The notes under the pieces: generated by a model | Told to the model about the DNA's origin: nothing | Seen by the model: the letters and a program-made list of their open reading frames with translations, nothing else | Database searches by the model: none | Shown: piece by piece, positions 28,509-38,493 of the stretch | Numbering within the stretch: position 1 is the stretch's first letter | Layout: every line of letters starts with the position of its first letter | Source of the DNA: Promethearchaeota archaeon | GTDB lineage: Archaea; Asgardarchaeota; Heimdallarchaeia; Hodarchaeales; Hodarchaeaceae | Length of the DNA: 64,000 bases | Assembly: GCA_048938105.1 (NCBI GenBank) | Contig: JBHLMN010000016.1 | Coordinates: 1-64,000, forward strand | Reading direction: 5' to 3' | Position numbers and translations under genes: made by a program

Positions 28509-28511
28509 CCA

Positions 28512-28778
28512 TCAATCCTCATAAGGAATCTTGAAATCAGTGGAGACTAGTTTTTGGATAAAGGGATCAGTAATTTCTTTTGGGGAAATCTCATCAATCG
28601 AAATGATCCGAATTTGGCGTCTTTTAAGACGATTTCGACTTCCGAATTCTGAAAAAAGCTTATCTTTAGCCTGCTCTTCAGTTATAGCACATAATTCTTT
28701 GGAAAAAGGGGTTGTTTCCCGTCTTTGCTTAAAAAAACCCGAAATTCTAAATATCTTAACAGATATATCACTTTTCAT
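28512..28778 (-). CDS. rpl18a: Ribosomal protein eL20 (L18a/LX)
   Basis: FSEFGSRNRLKR-x-QI-x-I motif. Confidence 0.92.
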   Translation of the reverse strand: MKSDISVKIFRISGFFKQRRETTPFSKELCAITEEQAKDKLFSEFGSRNRLKRRQIRIISIDEISPKEITDPFIQKLVSTDFKIPYED

Positions 28779-28874
28779 GTTGTTTCACCCCTTGTAGGTG
28801 ATTTGTTTTCAATTTAATTCGATTTTGAACATTCTTTAAATTAATTCGCAATTCACTTGAGTAATCTTTGCGTT

Positions 28875-29534
28875 TCATTGAGAAAAACAGCGTGTTATTT
28901 CCATAATCTCAATACCTGTTGTTTCTCGCCCAATAAGTATCCCTTTTGTGTTTCCGACTATTCCAGAAGCCACAAATTCCGAACCTTTATTTACACTCCC
29001 AACTCCTACTTGTTGTAGGTGAAGTATTTCTTTTATTTCCGAAATTTCTTCTTCATTTGCGAGTGGTGTAAACAACCCTCCATTATTAGTAACAAATGCA
29101 AGACTTCCTACTAAGTCTGAGTTAGCAATTTGTCTTGCTTCTAGTGGTATATTTAAAGTGTCAGATATTTCTTTTCTAATTGTTGGAGGAATAATAGGAG
29201 AGATTAAACCACCATAATCATTCGCAAGAACAACATTACCAAATGCAAAGAATTCAGAAGATTGATAGATTGGTAGACCTGCTGACTTCATTTCGTTTTT
29301 TACTTCTGGACTAATCACACTTGAAACAACATTTCCAAAAGAATTTCCTATAGCTAAAGAACCTATAATATTGTCTGATACTTGAGTCATTTCAACTTTT
29401 AAGATGCGTCGGACCAGATTTTTGATATATAAAGGAGTATTGTTTGGTAGAAATGCCCTATTTTCCGTACAAAGCATTTTGACACCAATATGAATACTCC
29501 CAAGGAAGTCAATGAATTCAATTTCCATGTTCAA
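28875..29534 (-). CDS. eif6: Translation initiation/anti-association factor aIF6
   Basis: GNVVLAND, VGS, GSVNKGS, TTGIE; operon context. Confidence 0.92.
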   Translation of the reverse strand: MNMEIEFIDFLGSIHIGVKMLCTENRAFLPNNTPLYIKNLVRRILKVEMTQVSDNIIGSLAIGNSFGNVVSSVISPEVKNEMKSAGLPIYQSSEFFAFGNVVLANDYGGLISPIIPPTIRKEISDTLNIPLEARQIANSDLVGSLAFVTNNGGLFTPLANEEEISEIKEILHLQQVGVGSVNKGSEFVASGIVGNTKGILIGRETTGIEIMEITRCFSQ

Positions 29535-29589
29535 GACTCACATGAATTAAAGAAGCATAAGGATTAAAAAAAAGATAAAAAAGCGTTTA

Positions 29590-29871
29590 TTATCCGAGAT
29601 ATACAGTTACAATATCATCCTCAGTTTTTACTGCACGAATTCTTATTTTTCTTGGTGGATGTTGGATCCCACGAGCCCACATAAACTCATTCACTTCGGG
29701 GTCAATAATTACTGTTTCACAGCGAAGATGACGTCTGATAAAAGCTCTAAGGTGCCGTATTGCTCTAGGAGTTCTCCTAGGGCGAGGGATTCGACGACCA
29801 TAAACTATTTTGCTGAATGGAATCGTATAAATCCTTTCTTCTATTATTGAGTCAGATGAGGCTTCGCTCAT
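29590..29871 (-). CDS. rpl31e: Ribosomal protein eL31
   Basis: ERIYTIP, PRAI, NEFMWARGI-x-x-PP-x-KIR. Confidence 0.96.
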   Translation of the reverse strand: MSEASSDSIIEERIYTIPFSKIVYGRRIPRPRRTPRAIRHLRAFIRRHLRCETVIIDPEVNEFMWARGIQHPPRKIRIRAVKTEDDIVTVYLG

Positions 29872-29889
29872 TAAGTTCTCCTTCTATTC

Positions 29890-30045
29890 TTAAGGTTTTA
29901 TTTTTGTAGAACGCCACCGTCTTTTTTTCGGATGAGTAGTTACTTTTCGTGAGGTTTTCATAATTACCCAAGTTGGAACGGTCTGGTTTGAAACCATTTT
30001 TTTCCCAAGACGAAGTTTTTTTGCATGAGGTTTATGTCGTGCCAT
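29890..30045 (-). CDS. rpl39e: Ribosomal protein eL39 (51 aa, absent from ORF track)
   Basis: Hand translation [51 protein letters not shown]. Confidence 0.95.
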   Translation of the reverse strand: MARHKPHAKKLRLGKKMVSNQTVPTWVIMKTSRKVTTHPKKRRWRSTKIKP

Positions 30046-30066
30046 CTGGTAATCTCCTTACTTTCT

Positions 30067-30717
30067 CTAAATTTTCTCGGAGGGCCCCATTGTGGTTTTA
30101 AAGCTGACTGATTTAATCTGTACAGCTCCTTTGGGAAGTTTCACAATTAAAGCTTGTAAAATGGTGCTTGCATTATCCGCTAAGACTTTATCAGCTTGAT
30201 TAGCTTTTCCAATCTTCGCGTTGACTACAGGAGTTGATTTTAATCTCATTTTTACTGTACGATTGTATCTTTCCACAAATTTATCAATATCAACACGAGG
30301 TGGTATTGGTTTAGGCATCTTTCCTCTTGGTCCTAAAATTTTTCCGAGAAATTTTGCAACAATAGGCATTAACTGTGGCTCTGCGAGAAAAAATGAGAAT
30401 TCATTTGCTAGTTTTTTTGCATTTTTAGGTTCTTTCGCTAGGCTTTCGATTTCTTGCCGACTCAAAGTTGTTAGTCCAGATTCTTTAGATTTGACGGCAA
30501 GATCACCTTCTGCAAAGACGGCAACACTAGATTTGCCTCCCAAATCATTTGGAACCAATGTTTCTAAGTTGATTCTATTCGCAGGATTCTTTAAATCAAT
30601 ATCACGAAGGCCAATGGAAATTTCAACAGTTTCAGTGAATTTTCTTTGTTTTCTCTCAATGCTTTTTGCTTTGGCTTTGGAAATTGCTTCTTCCAGTTGA
30701 TTTGGTGTATATGACAT
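30067..30717 (-). CDS. rpl1: Ribosomal protein uL1 (start trimmed to ATG 30717)
   Basis: RKFTETVE, LGKILGPRGKMP, KTTMGP. Confidence 0.96.
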   Translation of the reverse strand: MSYTPNQLEEAISKAKAKSIERKQRKFTETVEISIGLRDIDLKNPANRINLETLVPNDLGGKSSVAVFAEGDLAVKSKESGLTTLSRQEIESLAKEPKNAKKLANEFSFFLAEPQLMPIVAKFLGKILGPRGKMPKPIPPRVDIDKFVERYNRTVKMRLKSTPVVNAKIGKANQADKVLADNASTILQALIVKLPKGAVQIKSVSFKTTMGPSEKI

Positions 30718-30928
30718 GAAATATTCCCTTTTGAAGTGTAATTTGGGCTTCTTTAATGTTTTTAATCTATTATATGGTTTTTTAGTAAAGTTTTTTGTGT
30801 GTTTTGAGAAACAACATGGAATAGGGTAGTGAAAAAATAACAAAAAATTTAATTTTTCACTCTAAAATCGATAATTACTGGATTATTGGTGAGAATTAGA
30901 ACATAGAATTTGTTTCTCATTCATTCAG

Positions 30929-31411
30929 GTGAAAATAATGTCCAAAACCATTGAAGCATTAGTTGATGCAGGCCAAGCAACACCAGGCCCACCTTTAGGA
31001 CCCCAATTGGGCCCTTTAGGTGTAAATATCAAAGCTGTCATTGATGAAATTAATAAAAAAACCCAAGGATTTAAAGGTATGAAAGTTCCTGTTAAAGTTG
31101 TTGTGGATGATTCACGGAACTTTATGGTAACTGTTGGCATTCCTCCAACATCATCTTTATTATTGAGGGAAGCGGGAGTTGAGAAAGGAAGTGGAACACC
31201 AAATAGTGAAAAAGCGGGAAATATCAATTTTGATCAATGTATTAAAGTTGCTCAAATGAAACGCAAATCCATGCTAGCTATAAAATTACGATCTGCAGTG
31301 AAAGAAGTCATTGGAACGTGTATATCGATGGGTTTAACTGTGGATAATGAGGATCCAAAAACAATAATTGAAGCTATCAATACAGGAAAGTACGATGAAT
31401 TTTTTGAGTAG
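30929..31411 (+). CDS. rpl11: Ribosomal protein uL11
   Basis: ATPGPPLGPQLGP, PPTS, GTCISMG. Confidence 0.97.
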   Translation: MKIMSKTIEALVDAGQATPGPPLGPQLGPLGVNIKAVIDEINKKTQGFKGMKVPVKVVVDDSRNFMVTVGIPPTSSLLLREAGVEKGSGTPNSEKAGNINFDQCIKVAQMKRKSMLAIKLRSAVKEVIGTCISMGLTVDNEDPKTIIEAINTGKYDEFFE

Positions 31412-31413
31412 TT

Positions 31414-32616
31414 ATGTTGAAAGATTATTCAGTTGAGTCCATTATTGGAGTTCATGGATTTAATACACCACAATTCAAGGGCTTAGGGGGTATGATAAAG
31501 CAGCGCAATAAAGACTTCATTGTTCGAGAAATCCCTCCAAGTGGTAAGCCAATCTTCGATGGATCAGAAATTGGAAAAGATTTAGGAGGGATGTTCATTC
31601 ATTGTGTTCTCTGGAAAACAGGTATTGACACTTTTAGTGCAATAAGAAAGCTAAGTAGTAGCTGGAAGGTCGCAGAAAATGATTTTGGTTTTGCAGGTTT
31701 GAAAGATGCCGCTGCTGAAACCTATCAAAGAATTTCAATTTGGAACATTGATAAGATGTGTATTAATAATACAAATTTCCCAAATATTAAAGTATTTCAT
31801 CCCATACGACAGAAATTCGCTATTAAAATAGGTGATTTACTTGGTAATTTTTTCGAAGTTATCATTCGTAATAACCAACAGAAGTGGAACAAGGAAGAAT
31901 GGGAGCGCTTTAAAGTCTATTTAGAATCAAATGGGGTCTTAAACTTTTATGGATCTCAACGATTTGGAACAAAACGACCCATTCTCCATATAATAGGTAA
32001 ATTTCTTTTACAGGAGAAATATTCCGATGCAATCACAAAATATTTAGGTGAAACAAGTCCCTTAGAGAATGAGAGGATTACGAAATTACGACAGGAATAT
32101 CAAAATACACATTCTTACGAGAAATTAAGGTCAGAATTTCCATACTCTTATAGGATAGAAAAGATGTTATTAAGAGGCCTAATAAGATATCATTCAGCTA
32201 AAAGGATTATTTTAAATTTACCTAAGTCGTTTTTGAAATTAGCAATTTCTGCTTACCAATCTTATCTTTTTAATAAAATACTAAGTTATCTTAACGAGAC
32301 CTATTTTCCCCTCCCTAGTGACATTTTTATACCTTTACCAGGATATAGGACTATTCAAGAACAATCTAGTGATGAAATATGGGATAAATTGGTAGTTTTA
32401 TTAGAGGAAGATTCTTTAGATTTACAAAGTTTCAGACACGAGCAACTAAACTTACGTTCCAAAGGATCCTTAAGAAAAGCTATTGTTTTCCCAAGTGAAT
32501 TCAATTATTTTCCAATGGATATTCAGGAAAAAGGTATAAAAGTTACATTTAGCTTACCCAAGGGTTCTTATGGGACCATTGTCATCCGAGAGATAATGAA
32601 AAAGGAGATTTGTTAA
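31414..32616 (+). CDS. truD: tRNA pseudouridine-13 synthase TruD/Pus7
   Basis: DFIVRE, AGLKD, GNFF, NFYG-x-QRFG, AYQSYLFN, LPKGSYGT. Confidence 0.95.
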   Translation: MLKDYSVESIIGVHGFNTPQFKGLGGMIKQRNKDFIVREIPPSGKPIFDGSEIGKDLGGMFIHCVLWKTGIDTFSAIRKLSSSWKVAENDFGFAGLKDAAAETYQRISIWNIDKMCINNTNFPNIKVFHPIRQKFAIKIGDLLGNFFEVIIRNNQQKWNKEEWERFKVYLESNGVLNFYGSQRFGTKRPILHIIGKFLLQEKYSDAITKYLGETSPLENERITKLRQEYQNTHSYEKLRSEFPYSYRIEKMLLRGLIRYHSAKRIILNLPKSFLKLAISAYQSYLFNKILSYLNETYFPLPSDIFIPLPGYRTIQEQSSDEIWDKLVVLLEEDSLDLQSFRHEQLNLRSKGSLRKAIVFPSEFNYFPMDIQEKGIKVTFSLPKGSYGTIVIREIMKKEIC

Positions 32617-32617
32617 A

Positions 32618-33028
32618 TTATTCATAGGGGTAAAAAACCCCATTCTCAACTCTCCCATTAAGCTCACCCTGATTTATCAGTCTTTCAATAGCTTTGCCAA
32701 CAGAAGCAGCTGAAATACCTGCGATCTCGATTTGGTCAATAGGAGTAGCCTCTTCTACAAGATTAACTGCTTGAATCAGTAATTCTCTTTTTGATTTTCC
32801 AGAACCAATTTCATCTCCACGAATTTTCTTTAAAGAAGCACGAATAGAAGCATTACAAATTGGACAATGAAATGATCCCATTATTGTTAAAGTAACTCGG
32901 CCATCCTTGTCAGGCATTGGACTAATTAATTGCCATGTTTTTTCCGGAGGAGTATCAATAGGATTTAGAATATGGCCACATTTTTTGCATGAAATCTTCT
33001 TCTTTTGCTTTTTATTGCGGGGATTCAT
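32618..33028 (-). CDS. Cren7-like zinc-ribbon protein with C-terminal wHTH-like domain
   Basis: CKKC...PEKTWQLISPMPDKDGRVTLTIMGSFHCPIC; C-terminal LINQGELNG. Confidence 0.6.
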   Translation of the reverse strand: MNPRNKKQKKKISCKKCGHILNPIDTPPEKTWQLISPMPDKDGRVTLTIMGSFHCPICNASIRASLKKIRGDEIGSGKSKRELLIQAVNLVEEATPIDQIEIAGISAASVGKAIERLINQGELNGRVENGVFYPYE

Positions 33029-33088
33029 AATTTTTGCCTTCTTTAATGGTCATAAATCAAGACTAATGAATACTAAATTCAGGAATTA

Positions 33089-33343
33089 TTATAAATTGAG
33101 TGCTTGAATAGTAGTTCTCAGACAGGCGTGACAAATCTCTCCTCCATATGGTCGATCTGCATGTCTTCTACTTTTGGAGTCTTTCAATGTGTTTGTTTGT
33201 ACTAATGTGCCACAAATCCTACAGTGAGACTTTTGGGTTTTTCTTTTGGTTTTATGGACTAACAATCGTCCCCCTGGACTTTTTTTCTTTCTGACATTCT
33301 TCGTCATTTTACTTGAACACCTATCACTTTGATTATTTCTCAA
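33089..33343 (-). CDS. rpl34e: Ribosomal protein eL34
   Basis: KSPGGR, CRICG, RPYGG-x-x-CH-x-CL. Confidence 0.92.
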   Translation of the reverse strand: MRNNQSDRCSSKMTKNVRKKKSPGGRLLVHKTKRKTQKSHCRICGTLVQTNTLKDSKSRRHADRPYGGEICHACLRTTIQALNL

Positions 33344-34638
33344 TCAGGTTGTAAGCCTGAAACTTTTCGTAAAATTGATCCAAATGCTAAGCTACCACCA
33401 AAATACCACCAGATGTAGTTGGGGACGAAAACCAATCCCCATCCTTGAACCTCTACATTCTTTCCGATTTGGAATATCCAAAGCGTCTCAAGCCCAAAGG
33501 TTGGATCAAAAGGTATTATGGCAGGGATATTTCCAGATACCATTTTTCCATTATAAGCTGGATTTAAAGCTAACTGCTGACCACTATTTTCCACATCTTG
33601 ATTAAGCCAGTCAGTCCATTCTCTGGCTTCTGTATCTCCAGCAGTTTTTTGCACAAAATAAGCTGTTTCAATAACAAAACTGATTTCAGGATCAACTCTT
33701 TTTGTTTCCTTAATTTTTTTAGTGTTACTCGGGACGTTACCATCCTCAACATCAGCACTATTAGCTATCGCATAAAGCCAAATCATACTTTTCTCCTGTG
33801 ATGTTTTCACACTTGGAGATACACAAGGCTCTTCTGTCTTTTGTTGAACTGCTCCTTTGATATGAATTGGAGAGGTAGTATTTATATTCCTAAAAGAATT
33901 AATCTGACCTATCCAGCTACAATTATCTGTCCAAGTCCATGAGTAATTTGAAGGTTCAGAATCACCTGCAATTTTCCAATAAATATAAACATGATTACCA
34001 CTACTTGCATTATGTATATAATCATGCTCAAGTGTCCAACCAGAGGGAGTAGAGCTTATTGAAGTACCATTGTTATCGGAACCAATTGTGCTAACTACAA
34101 GAGCAATCATTAAATCATCTTTCAATGTCCCTGATGGCTTATTTATCAGCATTGTTGTTACAGAATCACCATCAGTTGCCTCTGCATAACCAATATAAGA
34201 GATACCTGTTTGAAAGCTATAGAATCCTGAGAGAACAATAAAAAAAAGTATCATTGGAATAAACATAATCATCAATGGTTTCAAGTTCATCATTGTAAGT
34301 TCAGACTGTACTTTTCTCATTCTATCTGCATTTCTCTCATACTTCAATTTTAATTTACTATCAGCTGTTTTCATCATTTGCATACGTAATTTGTTGTACT
34401 TTTTAGTTTCTCTTGTTAACCTTCTTAGTTTATCAATATCAATCATCTTTCTAGATACTAATGTAGACGCTAACGATACAAAGAAAGCAACAATTAAAAT
34501 AAATATCGATGATAGAGGAGGTTGTGTTGGAATGACATCGGTTACATCTTGTAGAACAGCCATAGGCATTGTGACTAGATTAAAAAGAGCAGTTAATATA
34601 TCTTGAAAAATATACATGTTTATTCCCTTTGTAAGCAT
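33340..34638 (-). CDS. DUF106/EMC3/TMCO1 (Oxa1 superfamily) insertase with large internal insertion
   Basis: TM1, cytosolic coiled coil, TM2 (KPLMIMFIP), ~215-aa insert, TM3 (YIWWYF...RK); next to rpl34e as in other archaea. Confidence 0.85.
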   Translation of the reverse strand: MLTKGINMYIFQDILTALFNLVTMPMAVLQDVTDVIPTQPPLSSIFILIVAFFVSLASTLVSRKMIDIDKLRRLTRETKKYNKLRMQMMKTADSKLKLKYERNADRMRKVQSELTMMNLKPLMIMFIPMILFFIVLSGFYSFQTGISYIGYAEATDGDSVTTMLINKPSGTLKDDLMIALVVSTIGSDNNGTSISSTPSGWTLEHDYIHNASSGNHVYIYWKIAGDSEPSNYSWTWTDNCSWIGQINSFRNINTTSPIHIKGAVQQKTEEPCVSPSVKTSQEKSMIWLYAIANSADVEDGNVPSNTKKIKETKRVDPEISFVIETAYFVQKTAGDTEAREWTDWLNQDVENSGQQLALNPAYNGKMVSGNIPAIIPFDPTFGLETLWIFQIGKNVEVQGWGLVFVPNYIWWYFGGSLAFGSILRKVSGLQPD

Positions 34639-34858
34639 CTTGTACCTTTTTTAGGGACTATAGATTCAATTCTTTCTAAAAATTCCTTTTTTTCGATTAT
34701 TTTTTATTTTTCCCGTTAGAGTAATAAGATCAAAGCTGAACTCGAAAAACAATAAATGAGATTTCTATTTAACAGACAATAGAAGAATCGTGATAAAGTC
34801 TTATAATGGTGAAAAGGGCTTATAAAAACCAGATCACTGTCTGTATTAAACAGGAGTT

Positions 34859-36244
34859 TCACTTCTTTTCAGTATAATGATTGTTTAAGATTGTTCGTCG
34901 TTTTAAAAAGTCATAAAATGCCTGTTTGAAATCTACTTCAGGTGAGAGATGAAATTGTAAGGGATAGTTTCTGGACACTGGTTTAGTTAAGTGTCTTTGG
35001 GCACAAACAGGGATTACATATCTTATCCCTGTTCGAATTTTTCGGCTTTTCTGTCGATAATCGTAGTTTTTCTTTGGAGAGATGTAGGAGCATTTCTTAC
35101 ATTTTAATCCTTGTTTTTTCCCTGCAGATGTTAGAGTAGCTCCACAAATGGGACATTTTGGAGTTATTTTTTCTTGGATATTGGTTAACTTGATGATTTG
35201 GATCTCTTCGATATTTATTGTAACAGGATTTTCTTCAGATGCAGGTCTAACTCCTCCAAAAACTAGAACTTCGTCTCCTTCGATTAGTTCTCTAATTATT
35301 TTTCGAAATCTTTTTGTCGGTTCGTATGCTGCACAATCGATTGAAGCGTTACCTGATTTAATGGTAAAGATGACATGTCCACCAGGGTAGTCATAAGGTT
35401 TTCTTTCCACTACCCCTCTTACTTTTACAGAAAGATAGGGTTTTAGTTCTTGTCCAAGGAACATTTTAGGAAAATTTACTTGTGTATGTTGATTGGTTCG
35501 ATAAACCATCGTAGTTTGGATCGGTTCTAAAATATCAATTAGTTCCCACATTCGGATAACTGCATCAGCGGTTTCGCCTCTGATTCCACAAAAAACAGGA
35601 TCAGGTCCATGAGGACTAATCATTATTTGTTTATGCTCATAATCATAATTATTGAAGGTCAACGGAGTTTTCTTATCAGCGTTTATGACAGATATGGGGT
35701 CGATTAAACGTTCAGGTTTCTTCTCTTTCGGATTTCGATAAGCAATGAATTCATAAGTATAATCTTGTGAGAGTATCGCCCCAATAGCGGCGGCAGCCCC
35801 GATCAGGCCTCTTCCTTTCTTAATATAGAAGTGTTTTTCTGATGGATGCTCGTAAAGTAGCTGCTTTACTGAATTCAAAGGAATTACTTGATATAATGCC
35901 TCATGGTACAATTCTTGGAAAGTAGAAGGAATTTTTCCTTTGATAAATACAAGACCTGGATCAGTGTGCGGATCATTAATGTCAGCATTCTTCTTTACTA
36001 AATCTACGGTACCATTCCAAAGATCATCAATGATTTCTTCATGTGTTATAAAAGTAATAGCAACAGCTCCATTTCCTCTAGTTTTATAAGGGATGTTGGG
36101 ATTTAAGCGAATCAATTTTGGAAAATCAAGAAATTCTACAGAGTGTTTGAGTAAGAAATCAACTATTATCGTCCCCAAGAAGGTTGTACACATACCATTT
36201 TGGGAATCAGTGTCATCTACTCCGATATGCCAGGTTTGTAACAT
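34859..36244 (-). CDS. tiaS: tRNA(Ile2) agmatinylcytidine synthetase
   Basis: IGVDDTDS-x-x-GMCTT, RLNPNIPYKTRGN, DPV-x-x-GIRG, AAYEPT, C-terminal Zn ribbon. Confidence 0.97.
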   Translation of the reverse strand: MLQTWHIGVDDTDSQNGMCTTFLGTIIVDFLLKHSVEFLDFPKLIRLNPNIPYKTRGNGAVAITFITHEEIIDDLWNGTVDLVKKNADINDPHTDPGLVFIKGKIPSTFQELYHEALYQVIPLNSVKQLLYEHPSEKHFYIKKGRGLIGAAAAIGAILSQDYTYEFIAYRNPKEKKPERLIDPISVINADKKTPLTFNNYDYEHKQIMISPHGPDPVFCGIRGETADAVIRMWELIDILEPIQTTMVYRTNQHTQVNFPKMFLGQELKPYLSVKVRGVVERKPYDYPGGHVIFTIKSGNASIDCAAYEPTKRFRKIIRELIEGDEVLVFGGVRPASEENPVTINIEEIQIIKLTNIQEKITPKCPICGATLTSAGKKQGLKCKKCSYISPKKNYDYRQKSRKIRTGIRYVIPVCAQRHLTKPVSRNYPLQFHLSPEVDFKQAFYDFLKRRTILNNHYTEKK

Positions 36245-36258
36245 GAATATTCATTCCA

Positions 36259-37191
36259 TTAATCTTGAAGCCGAGATAAGACTCCAGAGATCATTAATGG
36301 TAATACTAGAGTGATATCAGAAGGAATATCAATCCATTTTGCTTCAGGTGCTACTTTTCCCCAAGATATTGCCTCTTTTACACTTGCTCCACTAATACCC
36401 CCATGTTCTGGACGATCCATTGTTATTTGGATTGCATATGATAATCCATTGTGCAAAAGAGACCCATTCATTATGAAGTGCTTGGGTACCCCTCCACCTA
36501 GGAATAGAGCTCCCATACGTTCTGTTTCGTAAATAATCTTAGTGAATTCTGAATGATCTTTCAAAACATCAATAAAAAGAGGATTTGTTTGAGAGAAAAG
36601 CCAAGCTTGAACACCTAACATACTGTCTGCAAATGAGGGGGAGAAAATTGGAACCTTTTTAAGAAAGGCAGCTCTTACTATTGACTGAGGATCATTCACA
36701 TGTCGGCCAAGCTCATATAAAAATCTTTGACTACTTATTCTTTCATCAGGGATATTCATGAGGATTTTTTGAGCCATTCTTTCAAATTTCACAAATGAAT
36801 CATAAGGAATTAGAGTACTAAAAATACGACTCATTTGCAGTTCCACAAGTTTTTCATCATCTAAGTATTCTGAACCATGATGATGAGAACCTCCAGATGT
36901 TTCTAACAAGTCGTGACTGATATTAGCTCCTGTTGTAACTATACAATTCACCATGTTTTTTTCAATCATTATACGAAGGATTTTTCGCATACCTCCTGGA
37001 ATCAAAGCTCCTGCAAGCCCTAAAAAGACCATACAACTATCATCAAGGATCATTTGTTCTAATAATTCAGTTGCTAAAGCAATCTTACGACATGTAAAAC
37101 CACCATTTTTCATGGATGCCAATAGTTCATCAACTGTCATATTTGGATGAATATCCACTTGTTTCATGCGTTTAAATTTCATACTTGCCAA
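36259..37191 (-). CDS. dys: Deoxyhypusine synthase
   Basis: TTGAN-x-x-HD, DS, GGGVPKH, SGAS-x-x-EAISWGK. Confidence 0.92.
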   Translation of the reverse strand: MASMKFKRMKQVDIHPNMTVDELLASMKNGGFTCRKIALATELLEQMILDDSCMVFLGLAGALIPGGMRKILRIMIEKNMVNCIVTTGANISHDLLETSGGSHHHGSEYLDDEKLVELQMSRIFSTLIPYDSFVKFERMAQKILMNIPDERISSQRFLYELGRHVNDPQSIVRAAFLKKVPIFSPSFADSMLGVQAWLFSQTNPLFIDVLKDHSEFTKIIYETERMGALFLGGGVPKHFIMNGSLLHNGLSYAIQITMDRPEHGGISGASVKEAISWGKVAPEAKWIDIPSDITLVLPLMISGVLSRLQD

Positions 37192-37373
37192 AACCTCTGA
37201 TTTTCAATGCCAATGAGCCTTAAGCAATAATTTTTTCTCCTTGAAAGTTATTTGAAACTTTATCTTTTCCAAAAGGATGTTTAATCTCTATTTTACTTGT
37301 TTTTAGATAATTTGATAAAGCTTTATTCAGTTAAACTGTCTTTAGTGGTTTGACTATAAAGTTGTGATATACT

Positions 37374-38300
37374 GTGAAAAACATTGATTTTGTGTGCCAT
37401 AAACCTGAAATGTTGTGTGGGATTCTTAAACGTGAATGGGTGGAGAATAAGCCTAATTATCACTTTTTAGGTGTACCTATAGATATTTCCTCTTCCTATA
37501 GGAGCGGAGCGCGTCATGGGCCAGATACTTTTAGAAGAATTCTTCGTTCGGAGAATTTTGAATGCATTACTGAAACAGGGGTAAGTTTAAAGGATTATTA
37601 TAGAATCATAGATTGGGGAAACATTGGGGTGATAACTACAAATCTACATGAGAGTTTAAGACTAATTTCTGATGGTGTTCTTGATTTAATTCTAAGTAAA
37701 TTACCATTTTTAGTATTTGGGGGTGATCATTGCTTAACAATAGGTATTGGTCAAGCTTACAAAGAAGCAGATCTTCCAGTCTACCTCATTTATCTTGATG
37801 CGCATCTAGACCTGTATAATGAGATGATGGGAACTGATTTGTCTCACGCGTGTACTTTAAGAAGGTTTTCAGAGATATCAAATTTCCAGGGAGCAATAGT
37901 ATTAGGATATCGGGATTTCACAAATGAACAACTAGCATATGCGAAAAATAACAATATTAAAGTTGTTTCTACAAATGAGTTGATTAATCAATCCAACTTA
38001 TTTAATTTTGGTCTTGAGTTCGCTCAAAATCTTCGTAAAGAAAATATTAAAATTCATATTTCTGTAGATCTAGATGTTTTAGACCCAAGTTTTGCCCCTG
38101 GAGTTGGAAATCCTGTTGCTGGAGGGATATCAACAAGGCAGCTAATGTGGCTTCTTACAGGGATATTTCGGGGGATTAACAAACAGGTAATCAGTTGGGA
38201 TATAGTGGAGTACAATCCTCTATACGACCCAGTTGAAATCACAGCTTTTTCCATCGTTAAATTACTTTTGGAGAGTTTAGGAGCGCAAATCATAAAATAA
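37374..38300 (+). CDS. speB: Agmatinase (ureohydrolase)
   Basis: GGDH, DAHLD, SHAC, SVDLDVLDP-x-x-APG, DIVEYNP. Confidence 0.9.
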   Translation: MKNIDFVCHKPEMLCGILKREWVENKPNYHFLGVPIDISSSYRSGARHGPDTFRRILRSENFECITETGVSLKDYYRIIDWGNIGVITTNLHESLRLISDGVLDLILSKLPFLVFGGDHCLTIGIGQAYKEADLPVYLIYLDAHLDLYNEMMGTDLSHACTLRRFSEISNFQGAIVLGYRDFTNEQLAYAKNNNIKVVSTNELINQSNLFNFGLEFAQNLRKENIKIHISVDLDVLDPSFAPGVGNPVAGGISTRQLMWLLTGIFRGINKQVISWDIVEYNPLYDPVEITAFSIVKLLLESLGAQIIK

Positions 38301-38493
38301 ACTCCTTCAAACCAAAGTCATCATGAAAGTAATGTAATGAAGGTTAAAAATCCTGACTCATTTTATAAATCAAAAATTTTGAATTTACAAAACTTGTTTT
38401 AAGTCAGTTTCTTAGAATTAAGAAATAGATTTGAAGGTATTCTTGGTAATAATTGAATGAAAATAGAAAAAAAGGAAAATTGGTGAGATAGAA

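Noticed and set aside
33556-34206. Intein or intron as the explanation for the DUF106 insertion
   Set aside because: No C/S...HN intein termini, no LAGLIDADG motif and no evident BHB at the junctions; the insert is in frame.
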